Assembly: GCA_051047955.1 (NCBI GenBank) | Contig: JBPGPT010000005.1 | Location: forward strand, 496,001 to 560,000 | Source of the DNA: Cystobasidiomycetes sp. EMM_F5 | Lineage: Eukaryota | Length of the DNA stretch: 64,000 nucleotides | Reading direction: 5' to 3' | Program-made: the position numbers and the translations under genes | Notes under the pieces: generated by a model | What the model saw: the letters and a program-made list of their open reading frames with translations, nothing else | Told to the model about the DNA's origin: nothing | The model's database searches: none | Shown here: one piece after another, positions 11,240-25,466 of the stretch | How positions within the stretch are numbered: position 1 is the first letter of the stretch | How the letters are laid out: each line of letters starts with the position of its first letter

Positions 11240-13362
11240 TTATTTGGAGACTCGGCGTCTTTTCTTCGGTTGCGTGTTCTGCTTAGTGACAGTATTCGAT
11301 GGCTTTTCAGCAGATGTATGATATGCTTTGTGAGCAGCGAGGGCGAACGTAAATACCCTTGAGCTGCAAACATCGCACGTAATGTAATCTGATTTGTGCT
11401 CATGCACAAAGAGTATGTCATTGTCGCCTTCCTCCTCGTCATCGCTTATGAGCAGATGTGCAGATTCTGGAAGAGCGTGGACCGGATCAAGCTTGCGGAC
11501 CTCGGGAGAAGTCAGCACTGTGAGGTCGACTTCCTCTTTAGCTGAGCTATCTTTCCCGCCATCCGGTATCGTTCTTGCCTTGAAAATTGTCGACAGCGAG
11601 GGATTTGGTCGCGAAGGGGTAAAGTTCGTTGCGCATACGTTTAGACTATACTTGTTCTTGTCAGAACATTGCAGTAGACTGTTTCAGGTCGGCTGATCTG
11701 CTGCTTACATGGTGATACGACATTGAACGTCATTTGAGGTGGTCTTGAGCAGTCTTTTGAGCATTGACGTCAGAACCCCGTTAACCAGCTTCGCAGCTCT
11801 TACATCGACAGGCAGAGTCTCGTCGATAGCATCTACGGGAAACGCAACGGTCGTGCTCTCGCGCTGCCTATCATAACCTTGGCGGATGGTCAAGCGGAGT
11901 ATGCTAGGGTAATGCACCCAAGGCCTCAATGGCATCTCTTTCGTACTTGTAAAGTACGGCTTGAGTACACCACCAGGCGCGGGCAGTGGGATGTCATCAG
12001 GACTTTCGGTGAGGTCTTCTTGCAAGCGCAAGAGTAGATGATGCGCTAAACCCCCGAGTTCTTCAATCGCTTGCTTGATGTGAGTGATGCCATAATGGGA
12101 GTTTTCTACCGATATTTGGACAGGGTATTCAGGCGAAGGGACTACTGGATCGACGTCATCACCCCACAGCATCTCCCACAGACGTGTACCAGCCTTGGCA
12201 CCAAACAACTTTGTGAAATCGCTCGCTGCTAAACCTGTGCGCAGTGTGTTGACAGTAAGGGCGCGATCAGGATCGGGCGCGGTTTTTGCGTCAAGACGCT
12301 CTCGCAATGAAGACAAAATAGCATGTCCGAAGCCCTGGATTCTGACGTTATTATTCAGCCTTGGCCAATCGGCCATAGTACACGCGAAGACCCACTTGCC
12401 AGCTTCGAAATCTGCCAGAAAATCCGCCTGGAATTGACGGAAATGCCGTATATCTGGAGTCCAAAGAGTCTGTAGAGCAGGTTTATTGAGGTTTCCGACT
12501 AGTTTTGCTATGATCTTGTTGTGCGCGATTCCGGCAGATGTCGTAAAGCCCAATTCCGCATGTATGCGCGAGCGTATGTGCGCCGCAAGCTGAGCTGCTG
12601 CGGACAGTAGCTCTGAATGCTTGGCATCTACCGAAGTATCGGCTGGGATGACAAGAGATGGCGAGACTGTCGAATCATACCAGAATCCGCTATCCGCTGT
12701 GGTATCAACAATTTTTGCGGCGGTGGCAGAGCGCGGATGAGAGAGGTCGAAGAATGTCTTGGTATCCGATAGATCTTTGCGCGCTTGTGCATTGTCCACA
12801 TGTCTACGGACCATGTCTGTGACATCGCAAAACAACTCGTCCATACCGAGTCTCTCCACTTTGCGACCCCATACTATAGACTTGACGAGCCTAGTAACGC
12901 CTCGACTGAAGCGACGATAGTACGTGAGATCCTGCACACGAGGTCAGCGAATTTACTCCTCAAAGCCACATCATCATGTAGCTCACCTCCCCGTTAATCA
13001 AAATAAGTTCCGGACACGCGCGTTTGGCATCCTTGACGCTCTGCAACTGCAGTCACATAATACAAGACATCAGACAGGATTCAGCCCGCAAGAGAATAGG
13101 AGGCCCTTCTATGCGGACCTTCTGCACGCCGAAAGCCCTGGCCTCATAACTGCTTGTCGCCAGTATGTATTTTTGCTGCACTCCAATTGGCTTGCCAATG
13201 AGAGAAGGGTCCAGCAGCCTCTCGCAAGCGACGTAGAAGCTGTTTATCCAACTCTGTCAGCCGTACGATTCTGCCCGAGTCGATTTCGACGCACCAGTCA
13301 ATATCAATCGCGATAATGACCTGGTCTGGCCAACCAACCTCGCTGGACTTGCCAGCGGCCAT
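11240..13362 (-). CDS. Y-family translesion DNA polymerase (iota-like) with a C-terminal UBZ-type zinc finger and NLS
   Basis: IIAIDIDC|FYVACE, QQKYILATSSYEARAFGV, ERLGMDELFCDVT, TTSAGIAHNKIIAKLVGNLNKP. C-terminal CDVC...AHKAYH and PKKRRR. Confidence 0.88.
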
Positions 13363-13732
13363 CACAGCCCGCAGAGAACGGAGTTAGATCAGTCATGAGT
13401 ACTGCATTGCTGGCGATTGTGCTGATGCAATGGTTGGCAAGCTGAAAGAAGAGCTGATTGCAAGATTGGGCGAGTTTGTACAGCATCGCAGCCTAGGTCA
13501 AAGACCCCGCAAAGGACACCCAGCATACAGCACAGCATCGAAATGACAAAGTTTATTGCATTGCTTGCATCACGCAGGAGAATGGGGAAGTAATTGAGAA
13601 AACGATAACGAAGTTGCGTCATAACACAGCCTAGACTAGCCCACGCTTGACGTAAGACCCCTTGCAGCAGTACTCAATGCCTGTAGCCGGTTCAATGTGT
13701 ATGAATCTCTGCACTCGTATCCAGCAGGTCTA

Positions 13733-14774
<1,042 letters not shown>

Positions 14775-15262
14775 GGCTTTGCAGAGTTGTGAGACTGTCC
14801 TAGAAACGGGTTGGTCAGGTCAGAGAGGTCCAACCGTGTCAGCGGTGAGCTTGGAAGTGCCGTAGTGGCAATATACCCGCGATACTTGGCCAGACGCCAG
14901 TTCAAATACACGCAAATTGCACAGTCAGGCTTCCGTAATGCAGTGCTACACTGCCGCTGGATTACAAAAATCTTCAATGTTTGCTCGAACAATCCTCAGA
15001 CTGGTGGCAATTCGAATGCAAGACGCGACCAGGCAAGAAAGGCGGGCATTCATTGTATCATTCATCTGACTATGTCAAAACTACCGATGTTCCTTACTTG
15101 TCTCCTTCTGAGCTGGGAATAACCATGCTCATCCAATCTTTCCAATCCTCCCGATTTCTTTTGACGTATATCCTTCATTACTATCGTCGGGGCGCTATCG
15201 GGACCCTCGACGTTCCATCAACGGCTATGCCGGCTCACCGTGCGGCCTTGCTCAGGCCATGT

Positions 15263-17699
15263 CTAGCCATAATACTTCAAACGCAGATCACTGCGACCTT
15301 TCTGACCACGCCGCTTGGGCTTGTTACCATCGTCGTTCTCATTGTAGGGAGTGATGCAATTTGCTTTGAAGACCATCGGAATGCTCTTGAAGCTCTGCAA
15401 ATTTGCATAAGCGTCACTGAAAATCCCTGACAACTGCTCGCACGACCTACCCCGTCAATACTTTCGATACGAGCCTGCAATCGCAAAGATTCAGTCTGGA
15501 AACACGTGTAGTGATGCTTTCTCGCCTCACTCTGATGTCAAGGTCGCCGAATGAAATGCCAATACGGAACTCGATCTCATACGACATGGTTCCGTCTGCT
15601 TTGGTGATGGTCTTGACAGGCAGGCGACCCGGATGGCAGGAGATTCGTCCAACTTTAACGAAGCCCTCGCTCCAACGACCGCCTAGCATTCACGTCAGAT
15701 ACGGATCGCCTCGGCATGTCCAGCCTTACTCTTATTCGACATCCAAGCTGGTTCCTCATCTCTGGTGTAGAGGAAGAGCGGCACACTCAAGTATGGGATG
15801 GTCGGACTGTCCTCCCACTCCAGACAGTACTTTTCGGTCTGCTTGTATTCATCCAGTGCGCAGATGTCATTCTTTCTAATGAGTGGCGTGAATTTATTTG
15901 CGACCCATTGCTGTCGGTCGACCCCTGCAAGAAGTGGCCGTTTCTTGTGCTCCCTATCAGTCGGATCGTAGAGGACCCAAGAATTCTGATTTAGAACCGA
16001 GCTTAGCTTTGTTTCGTGGTTCATCGTCAAGAAACATTACCGTCCCGTAATAGAAAAGAGATCCTCGACCTTGAATGGCGTCACGTTGACCGTATACATA
16101 AACTCCGCCAGCGGAGACTGCCTTCTCACTGAATTTGATATCAGTATTTGTCGAGTCAATAGCAACAGACTTACCCAGGTTCGCTAGGTGCCGGTACAAC
16201 CACTGGAATGCTGTCTTCGACATCCTGAAAGGTTTCGCGAAGAACTCGCTGCAGATACGGACTGTCACCGAAACCACCGACAAGCAATATTGCCTTTCTC
16301 CGACAAATCAGACCGGAAATATCTGCAAAGCATTTCAACGCACCTTTGAGCGATTTCCGTTTTCATCGCTGATCTTGGCCTTCAGTCTCTCAATGATCGG
16401 CAGTACGGAGTAGTCGAACGCAGCCTTGATGCGTTCACTGAACGCAAAAGTAAGCGCCGATGTTGGGTAATGCAATCAGCTGACCTTGAAACCAAGATTC
16501 TCCCGCGGTTGATACCGGCGGCCAAGTCAGCGTCGGTCAGATTGTGCGAGAACTGCAATGTATGACCATCTGCATGAGTACCGTCCCACTTAGTTTTCTA
16601 CCACACAAAGCAAAGGTCAGTAAAGATCAAATGCGTCAGGTACCCAAGCTCTCTGACTAGTATCTCATCGAATGCGTTGATCGCTGCCTGTGCGCATTTT
16701 GCAGAAGAAGCTCCGAATTTGCTAGATACTCGAAACATATTCGAAAGATTCTGTCTTAGAATCCGAGAAGGATAGAGACCACCTTTCTGGAGACCTAATT
16801 GTATTCTGCGTCAGATCCCTCCATCTGTATGTAGCCATACGATAGGCATCTCACAATCCGATGCTCCGACTTCCACGAAACTGTGTGCTCCAGTTTTCGT
16901 GCAGCGGTAAAGGGTAATGTCTACAGTAGATCCACCAGCATCACAAATTGTGAAGAGGCTACCGGCCTACAATCGAGAAATGTATTCAGTCAAGTCAAAT
17001 TAAAATGCTGGGGTTTTAGGTTACGTCGAGCGGCACTGGATTGTTGACGGTGTGCAGCAAGTAAAACAGGGAAGCTTCAGCTTCGCTGACGACCGTGATT
17101 TGCTTGCTATTTTGGCAGTAGTCCGTTGCAGCAAGTGCACGCTTGGTGGCTTCTCGGAGGGTGGGATCCCAGCCGTTAGGAGCTCCTATAATCCAATGCG
17201 CGTCCTGAAGTAGATTTGGCCACAATTGTGCGCCGTTTGCCCGCGCTCCGATGAAGCATGTCTTTGTATGTCCAATGAGGAAATTGAGATAGTCACGATA
17301 CAAGTCCTGCATCGATAGCCAGGACGGGATGTCTGGCCTTTCAAACGTCCGGAGAGCTCCAGCAAAGGATAATGTGACAGGCGGGCTTGCCTTGTTGCGC
17401 ATGTATTCGGGATGCCAAGCCAATTTGAAGTTCTCAATGAGAACGGAATCTTCTGAAACATCGAGGCTAGCCTTGTCGACCGCATCAGGGCCAAAGGCGA
17501 CAGGCTTGCGATCCTTGTATAGTATGCAGGAAAGGACCTTGACCTGGTGAAATCGTTGACCATCTCCAGGCCAGTTGTTGACATCCGTAGGAAGCGGTAC
17601 AGGGGCACCGTGCTGTAGGTACTGGTACGCTACGGAGCTACATGTAGCTCCTACATCGATGGCAATGACCAAGCGGGTAGGGCCGGCGTGAAACGCCAT
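15263..17699 (-). CDS. Atypical Hsp70 (HSPA12-like actin-fold ATPase), multi-exon
   Basis: Phosphate-1 IAIDVGATCSSVAY, connect-1 VSEAEASL, phosphate-2 ICDAGGSTVDI and adenosine LLVGGFGDSPYL. No canonical DnaK C-terminus and no EEVD. Confidence 0.88.
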
Positions 17700-18187
17700 C
17701 CTGGAGGGATTCCTCAGTGAAGCTTCAGTGGCATAGAAAGGAAGAGAAGCAGTGTAGCGAGTTGATGCGACAGGTGTTGGCCAATTTTACACTTTTCGCA
17801 AAGCACGGCGCGAGATGTTGTTGTTGAACGCGGAACAGCTATCTGAGTCGCGTTCTAGTGCCCTTGCGTCGCTAACTTCCGTAAACGCCGTTCAAGCGAC
17901 ACATGCGAACACAGACGCCAGCATCCTATGTCATGGTTGTAGTCAGTTCAATGTGTGTGTAGTTAGCTTGTGAATAGCATATACGCGGAGCAACGATGGG
18001 AATGTGATACGGCTTCTTGCAGACTCTGTCAGTACTAGTATGTTGGACGCGAGGATGTCGGACAATGCGTGAGAAGTTGAATGCGAGACAGAAAGTCCGG
18101 ATGAAGCGTGAGAGCTGCACGTCTCGTGTTCCCCCGGTGTAGGCCATCGGTCTCTTCTCATCGACCAGCTCACGTCACTGGTGCAAA

Positions 18188-20278
18188 ATGAACCAATATC
18201 GCGACCGAAAAGGCATACAGCAGAGTACCACCAACGCCCGAGGAACCGGCCGCCACAAAGGCCGCCATACGCAGGATACCGCGACGAAGAGTGAAGACCC
18301 ATTGGAGCGGGATTTCAGTAAAGCTTTGACGCAAAAGGCTGCCGAACTCGCTAATCGGCAGCGTTCACCGGATGCCAGCACGAAGTGCGTTTTGGCGATT
18401 TACCTATTTGGCGCTGACGAACAATTGACGTTGCGGCACAATTGACAGAACATTGCCTAATGAGACAGCCATCAGATCTGGCGTGCCATCATCGACTTCG
18501 GCGGAGACTGGCGAGCATCATGTCGAAAAGAAGCCGATCAGCCTCATCCAGTCCAATCATGATCCTGACGGAGAGCGCCAATATTTTGAGCACAAGCTGA
18601 AGGCATCTGCTACAACTTTTGTACCCTTCCAAGTGTCCAAATCTACGGCAACTGCTAAAGCTTGCGCTATACCAAGGCCCGTCGAATTCGGAAGTGGCAC
18701 AAAGCTCGATGGTCGCGAAGGCGCCTGTAAAGAAAGTGTCGGCTCGCGACAAGACAACTTTCTCGTTCACGACGACAGTGATTGGGAAGTGTGGAAGCCA
18801 GGCGACCTGAATTTTGAACGTGAAACAGGTGTTCAGCCTGCTTCCTACGCCCAAGCTGCGGCAACAAGTGCCAAGCGCCAGAAAATAGCAACAGAATGTG
18901 AGCATTTACAGCCGACCGCCCCGCTTGCACCGGACAACCTCGGCGTCACCCAATCGCAGTCGCAGAATTACAAGATTGCAGACACGCAGCCTTGCCAGTC
19001 GGGTTTGCAGCAATTGTGCTTACAGGGTCAAGACTGTCGTGGCTCTCATGACGTTGATCTGCACAACAAGAATGGCCATAGCCTCAAGGCGGGAGTCAAT
19101 GCCGAGACAGGCCATACTCAGATTGAGGAGTTGCGACGCCGGATTCAGAAATTGGAATCGGCTGCTCTAGGCGAGCGAATGACCTATCAGACCACACTAG
19201 ACGAGCAAAGTCGTCAAATACGCAATTTGCAGATATTGGCAGCTGTTAATTCGATTGACGGCGGCGGGGTGGATGTCAAGCGGTCATTCGAGGCAATTTT
19301 CAAGGAAGCGGAAGAAGTGATTCTTGACTTGGTCGATAGAGTCTGCGAATGCAATCCAGAGCGCCTCGACTTGCATCCAAGACTCAGCAGAAACTACAGG
19401 GATCTTCTCACGGACAACATCCCGGACACTTTGCGCCGCTTAACGATGGCGGCATGCGATCACAACGTGCGCATTCCTGCCTGGCTGAACCTGGCCATTT
19501 ATCAGCTGGTGCTCATTTATGTGATTGATGAAGTCTGGACTCCTTTCGTCTCGAGTGTGTCAAAGCTTCACTGCTTAAGGCCTTTGCTGATATTTATCAA
19601 GCTCAATCGCGATGCTTTGTTGGCGCGAACGGCCAGATCAGTACGACTCAGCTCAACAATGTCATCGAGACGCTGTTGAAACATGTGAAAGCTAGTGGTA
19701 AGGGCTGAAATGTCCCGGGCCGATGTGCTAGGAATTCTGGCTGAAAGGATAATACAGAACTCCATCCCAAAATGGCTCATTGGCGTGCAATGACGTCGAA
19801 AGCAGTCTGGAAGCTAGTCGCAGAGAGGGATACTGCAAAAGAGTCCAGCACTGCCGGCAAGACAGCCGATTTTGTGTACGCACTAGCGGACGACCATGTC
19901 GACATCCTCTTCCGATACAAGCTGCTACCATTGTTGAAATTCGTCAATAAGAAACTGCTGCACAACTCGAAAACCTTTGCCCTGGCTACTGCCTGCGACG
20001 ACTTCTGCGTCAAGCTGAAGCCATTGATGGTGCAACTACTGCAAACAAAGATCAAGGCACAGGGCGAGGATCTACATTCGCACTACACCATTGAGTGGAA
20101 AGAAACTCGGATCGATGAATATATTCGTCCAAAGTCATACCTATGTATGCAGACTCCGATCTTTCGACGTTACGGCGCGGACGCCAGCGGTAAAGCCGAT
20201 AAGATTCCCGCAGTGGAGAAGGCGACGTATTTCACCGCTGGAGATGCAGGCTGGTATGAAGGCTCCATCAAGGGATAA
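18188..20278 (+). CDS. Hypothetical coiled-coil protein with a WRxxT motif and a possible GrpE/MIEAP-like C-terminal beta-domain
   Basis: Four exons joined by GT-AG introns. Disordered N-terminus, heptad coil IEELRRRIQKLES...LDEQSRQIRNL, helical region with HWRAMT, and C-terminal YLCMQTPIFRRYG...VEKATYF. The gene is well supported; the domain label is inference. Confidence 0.7.
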
Positions 20279-20370
20279 GGACATGCCAATGGCTGCTGAT
20301 ATTGTTTCAAACGAAGTCTGCGGTCCCGTTGTCACAGTATGGCATTGTCATCGATCGATAATACAAAGAT

Positions 20371-22117
20371 CTATTTCCGCTTATGTATCATTGCATCTCT
20401 TGCCGGACCAACGCCTATCCACTCTATGGGTACGCCTATGAATTGTTCTATGAACTCTACGTACTTTTTGCAGTTTGCAGGTAACTCTTCGTATTTGCGG
20501 CATTTCGAAATATCTGATTGCCAGCCGGGCAGAGTCTCATACTTGACATTGACCTTTTCAGGCGATAGTTTCTCCAAGTCGGCTACAGTCGAGAGACGAG
20601 TCAGTCAAGTTTCGGCGTTGTTATTCTCACCACGCACCTGGGAACGTTCTATGGACCTTGCCGTCGATCTCATACGCAGTAGCAATCTTCAGCTCCGGCA
20701 ATTGATCCAGTACGTCCAGTTTCGTGAGATTGAAGCTCGTATAGCCATTGATCATGTGCGAGTATCGGACAACGACAAGATCAAGCCATCCGCACCGACG
20801 TCTACGTCCGGTTGTGACACCGTATTCTGCACCAACTTCTTGCAGGTGGTTTCCGGTTGACTATGGAATCCATCAGCACTGGACTTTTCAGCGCAGTTAC
20901 ACACTCACGTCCAACAACTCCGTCACGAAGGGGCCTGCCCCAACTCTGGTTGTGTATGCCTTTACTACTCCGATAGTTTCGCCAACAAAACGAGGTGGAA
21001 TGCCGAGACCTGTGCAGACTCCTCCGACGCAAGTGGAAGAGGAGGTGACGAATGGATATGTGCCAAAGTCGATATCCAGCATGAGAGCGTTGGCGCCCTC
21101 TACCAAGATACGCTTGTTTGCGGCAAAGGCATCGTGAATAAACGACACCCCATCTACGACGTACGGCTTAAGGCGGTCTGACAAGTCTTTGTAGCGCTTG
21201 ATTTCGGCTTCTGTATCGTATTCGAAGTGACCGTAGCGTTTGAATCGGTTCTCCACCAGCTTGCGGAATTTGACTGCGAAATTGTCAAAGTCGTACAGGT
21301 GGTGCACACGCAACCCAGACCTTGAGGCCTTGCTCGAATAAGCCGGACCGATGCCTTTCTTAGTCGTACCTATACTGGATCCGCCGAGCTCAACCTCTTT
21401 CAGGCCGTCCACGATCTGGTGAAAATCGAAGACGAGCTGCGCTCGGTCGGATACAAAGAGCCTGCCAGTGCAGTCAAGACCTTCCAAAATATGTCAGTCG
21501 TATACTTGAAGTACTAGAACAGGCAGTACCTTTCTTCTCGATGGCACCCAGTTCGTCAAAGAAGCTTGGCACATGCACGACTACTCCGTTGCCAATGAAG
21601 TTGGAACAATTCGGGTTTACGAGGCCTGCAGAGCGCTTATCAGCTGAAGTCTTATGACAGCGTTGACTCGACACTGACCGCTCGGCAGCAGATGAAAGTC
21701 GAATTTGGTAGACTTCTTTGTCCCATCTTCGGCAGTCACGTCTACTACGATGGTGTGACCCGCATTGTTTCCGCCGGCGAATCGTGCGCAGATATCGATG
21801 TCGGCAGCAAGGATATCGACCAGCTTTTATTCATACACAGAAGCAATGAATGTCGGAGTGTGTTTGTCGGTTGCCGAGTTACGGGAAAAGCAGAAAACGT
21901 TTGTACAGTTTGTGAAAGTGCAGCGTCAGCAACCACAGCGTCGCAAGAAGTCGCAAATGTTGTCGTCTTACCTTGCCCTTGCCTTCGTCCCCCCTTGAAA
22001 TGAACGGAGTGGTTTCAGCAATGTTTCAAAAGTATCATCTTGCGCAGCACTGGATCTGCAAACAGCGCGAACGCACCACTGCGCACCCAGAACAACTGTC
22101 GCCTTATTGCCTGCCAT
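20371..22117 (-). CDS. ADE12: Adenylosuccinate synthetase
   Basis: [72 protein letters not shown]. Confidence 0.98.
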
Positions 22118-22370
22118 GCTGAGCAGCCAGCCGACTAGCGAGTCAGACAGTCGACAAGCCTTCTCTTCCGAAGCAAAGGCAGCCAGGCATGGATAGGGGT
22201 AACCCTATGCGGACCAGATTTACGGGAATACAACGAGGCATAGTTCAGACTGACTATTGAGACTGGTTCATATCCACGACTGTTAGATGAGGCGAAACAG
22301 TCCGTAGTCTATCTCGACGACAAGTACAACGGTAATCTCAGGAAAGGCTTCCCCGCTGACTGTTGAAAGC

Positions 22371-23784
22371 TCAAGTAGACGACGTCCCACGAGAGCTTGT
22401 GTCATCAATGGCATTTCGCATCAAATGGATCAAGTCGACGCGCCGGCGGCGCCCTGCAGCCGAAGTAGTAGCTCGAGGTGATCCGACTAGCTCACCGGCA
22501 AGGCTGCTTGACGTAGCTTGGCTCGAGTGATTTGTACTTGGTGGAGCAACTGATCCGTTGAGCGGAGCAGGCCTTATTGTAGCTGCCAACGGTGAATTTT
22601 GCTGTGAGCGGGGAAAAGGGGAGACGCTAGATCTCCCCTGTAATTGTAAAGCGGATCTCCTTTCCGCCAACATCGATATCATTGAGGAAATATCCCCTCC
22701 TGGAGAGGCTGATGAATTAATTGACCTGTTGAAGACACTCGCAGGGGGCGCAGATGTCGGGGTGTTCCATGAAATTCGAGAAGCATGAACATTTAAGAGT
22801 GCCTCGCTTGCGTCGCGTAACCAGTCTGCTGAGGTATCCTCCGGCTGTAGGGCGCGATTAAGCTCCGAGGCTGTCGTTCTGCCGTCATGCTGCGCCTCGG
22901 TACGTCGGGCGAGGCTATCTTCGAAATTGGATGCTGTGAACGCTTGTGGTGGGTGTCGTACCGGGTCATAGTCTTGTGGAAGATATCGTGCAGGGTCGTA
23001 GTCTCTTTGGACCTGATTAGAAGTGCCAGAGCGATGGCCTAGAGCAGAACTCGAGACTGGAGCTGTAGATGGATTGATGGACCAGTCGCGAAGTACCTGA
23101 AGGCTGCTCGGTGGTTCTTGGTTGTGCATCGGCCTCGCTGAGCGAGGGAGCGGAGAAGCGGTTGCTGGCAGAGGAAGCGGTGAGATAGCCGGAACGGAAG
23201 AAGCATCTCGCAAGGCGTTACCTGAAGGTCCTGGGACCTGAGCTGCACGAGGTGGCGGCGAATATCGCAGGACCGCATTCAGAGGGTGCGGCAGCTGAGT
23301 TACAGGGGGAGGCGCCCTAATAGTATGGATTTCCTGTAAAACCTGCTGGCCTTTCTCGCAAGATGTAGCGTGACGCGCCCACTCTTCCCGCTTTCCTGTC
23401 CAGGAACACCCTTCTGGATGATGAAAAGCGCATTTGACAGGCAATTCGTTGAGTAATCCAGTCACAATGCGGCCCGCTGGAAGCATTCGTTGAAGCGTAA
23501 TGCGGCTACGGCATAGCGGACAAGCATCCCTCCCTCTCTGGGCCAGCCAAGCACTTATACAGGGTCGACAGAAGCTATGCTCGCAGATGGGAGTGACGAC
23601 CGGAGATTGCAACGGCGAGCTATGACCGATGATAATGAGCGTAGCCATGTCGAGTGAGTCGCAGTTCAACTCACATGCAGATGGAGCATATGAGTACCTC
23701 GGGAATGGCAGTCTCATCCACATAGGCATAGCCACGTTGCTTGAACAGATGACCGAGGTCGCCGCTACTCGGCGTGAGTAGCAT
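22371..23784 (-). CDS. C3HC4 RING + TRAF/SINA-type zinc finger E3 ligase with a long disordered C-terminus
   Basis: YVDETAIPEVLICSIC|ISPLQSPVVTPICEHSFCRPCISAWL...CPLCR, then VKCAFHHPEGCSWTGKREEWARHATSC. One intron. Confidence 0.85.
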
Positions 23785-23964
23785 GCTTGGAGCCTTTAGT
23801 ATCTCTTCGCGGCTTGGATACCTCTTGTCGCACACACAAGGGATTATGAATATCGCCGGTGGTCGCTCCGAGTCCAAAGGCAGGAAATGTGTTAAACAGT
23901 CAGGAATTGACGTTGTCGTACTTGTACCAACATCAGTCAAACACGCATCTTGCGTGATCAATGA

Positions 23965-24719
23965 TTATTTGCTCTCGCCCAAGGTATCCATCATCCTATC
24001 GCGTGAATGAAGGCGCTCAGTTCGTGTATGGATTGCATTTCGCATCAAATTTATCAATTCAAGACGCTTGCGTTGATTGCCAGTCGAAATGTCAGTTGCG
24101 GGCGAGCCATTCGATGCGCTACTCTTGCTGTTCTCTGGCGAACTATGCTGGCCGTGACGCCATTCGGCGTAGCGATTGGTCCACTCAAAGTGGCCGTTGC
24201 CCCGGTGCTGCTTGAGAAATGTCCCCACCCTGACGTCCGTATGCTATGACATCCTCAGTCTGACAAAAAGGGTGCCTTGGCATCAAATTGACCATTGACG
24301 ATGATCCACCTACTTCTGTGAGGTCCGACACTAGCTGTGATCGGCGAAGCGTAACAGTCGTCTGATCCATGCAGTAGTCGCCGTATTTCGCCTAGTCGTA
24401 TTCTCAGCTGCTTCCTGCCGTCTGACGACCGCTGCCAGCCCGTGTCTCGACCCAGCTCGAGTTCAATCGGTGTAATCCATGAGAGGTGTAAATTGCCCCT
24501 CCGCTCGTCTGGCATACTTCTCGTCTGAATTAGGCGCTGTCAATATTCGCGGGGAAATACTGGATAATAGCCTGGTGGAACATGACTAGGTCCAGCAGGA
24601 TCTGTAGAAGCGAGGGTCAGGATGGCGGCTGGAGCTGATGACAAGTGTACGTCAGGATGAGGTCCAGGATGAGGTTGCCTGAAGAGATGCTCGACATCGC
24701 CGCCGTCATTTATCGCCAT
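23965..24719 (-). pseudogene. Degenerate tandem duplicate of the RING gene, lacking the RING and TRAF fingers
   Basis: GDVEHLFRQ vs GDLGHLFKQ, GGDIS vs GGDIS, and RKRLELINLMRNAI vs RRRVDLIHLMRNAI occur in the same order but in different frames with stops between them. Confidence 0.6.
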
Positions 24720-25466
24720 ACTAGATATGAAGGGGCTGCTCCGAGCAGTGACACACAACCGGAAATGAAAAGTCGGCCAGTAGAAACCGGAGCATGGTCG
24801 CGCCTAGTCGACGTGTATTCAAGCGTTGCACCGCGGTAAATTAGCAATGGCAAAGTATAGACAGAAGCGGTTGAAACACGCTTTGTACTTCCAAATTTTG
24901 GCTGCCGGTCCCGTGAATGCTGTCCTGCAGTGATCTGCTTCGTATGACGAGCGTTAACAGCAGTAGCTGCTTTCTGATGTTGAGTGGAGACGTCATGTAA
25001 GGAAAAGACAGGTCAATATCGATAGTCCACAGCCCTCAGCCCTGCGAGTAGGGCGTTACGGCGGCGGCGGAGATGACAATCCTTAGTAATAGATGTTCGA
25101 CTGCTGTCACAGGGAATGTACACGCGAGCAGACTAGGCATTCCCCTGATGGCCATTCTCACAGCAGCGGATGGCGGCAAATGTGGACGACTAGAGTCATA
25201 GCTACTCCAGCGTTTCCCCGTCTTTATTCCGACTGGAGTTAGCTCGGGCTGTCGTGGAAGTTAGTGTGCCTCAGAAGACTACAAATGAGCTGTAAATGTT
25301 AGTCTCATCAATCCAGTCAGCCGCATTCAGAGAACCTCATCATCTTGACACCGTCTGACTACTCCTGAAGCTGCTGAATCTTGCCATCTGACTGGTCAGC
25401 TCATGCTGCTGAGAAGGTTGCTGATCCTCTTAGCTGACTCCAAGCCCTGCTGGCTGTCAGATCATC

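Noticed and set aside
20339..20860. 173-aa plus-strand ORF, and similar antisense ORFs such as 32429-33169 and 50643-51245
   Set aside because: Shadow frames opposite well-supported genes (ADE12, the Zn2Cys6 factor, PP4R1-like).
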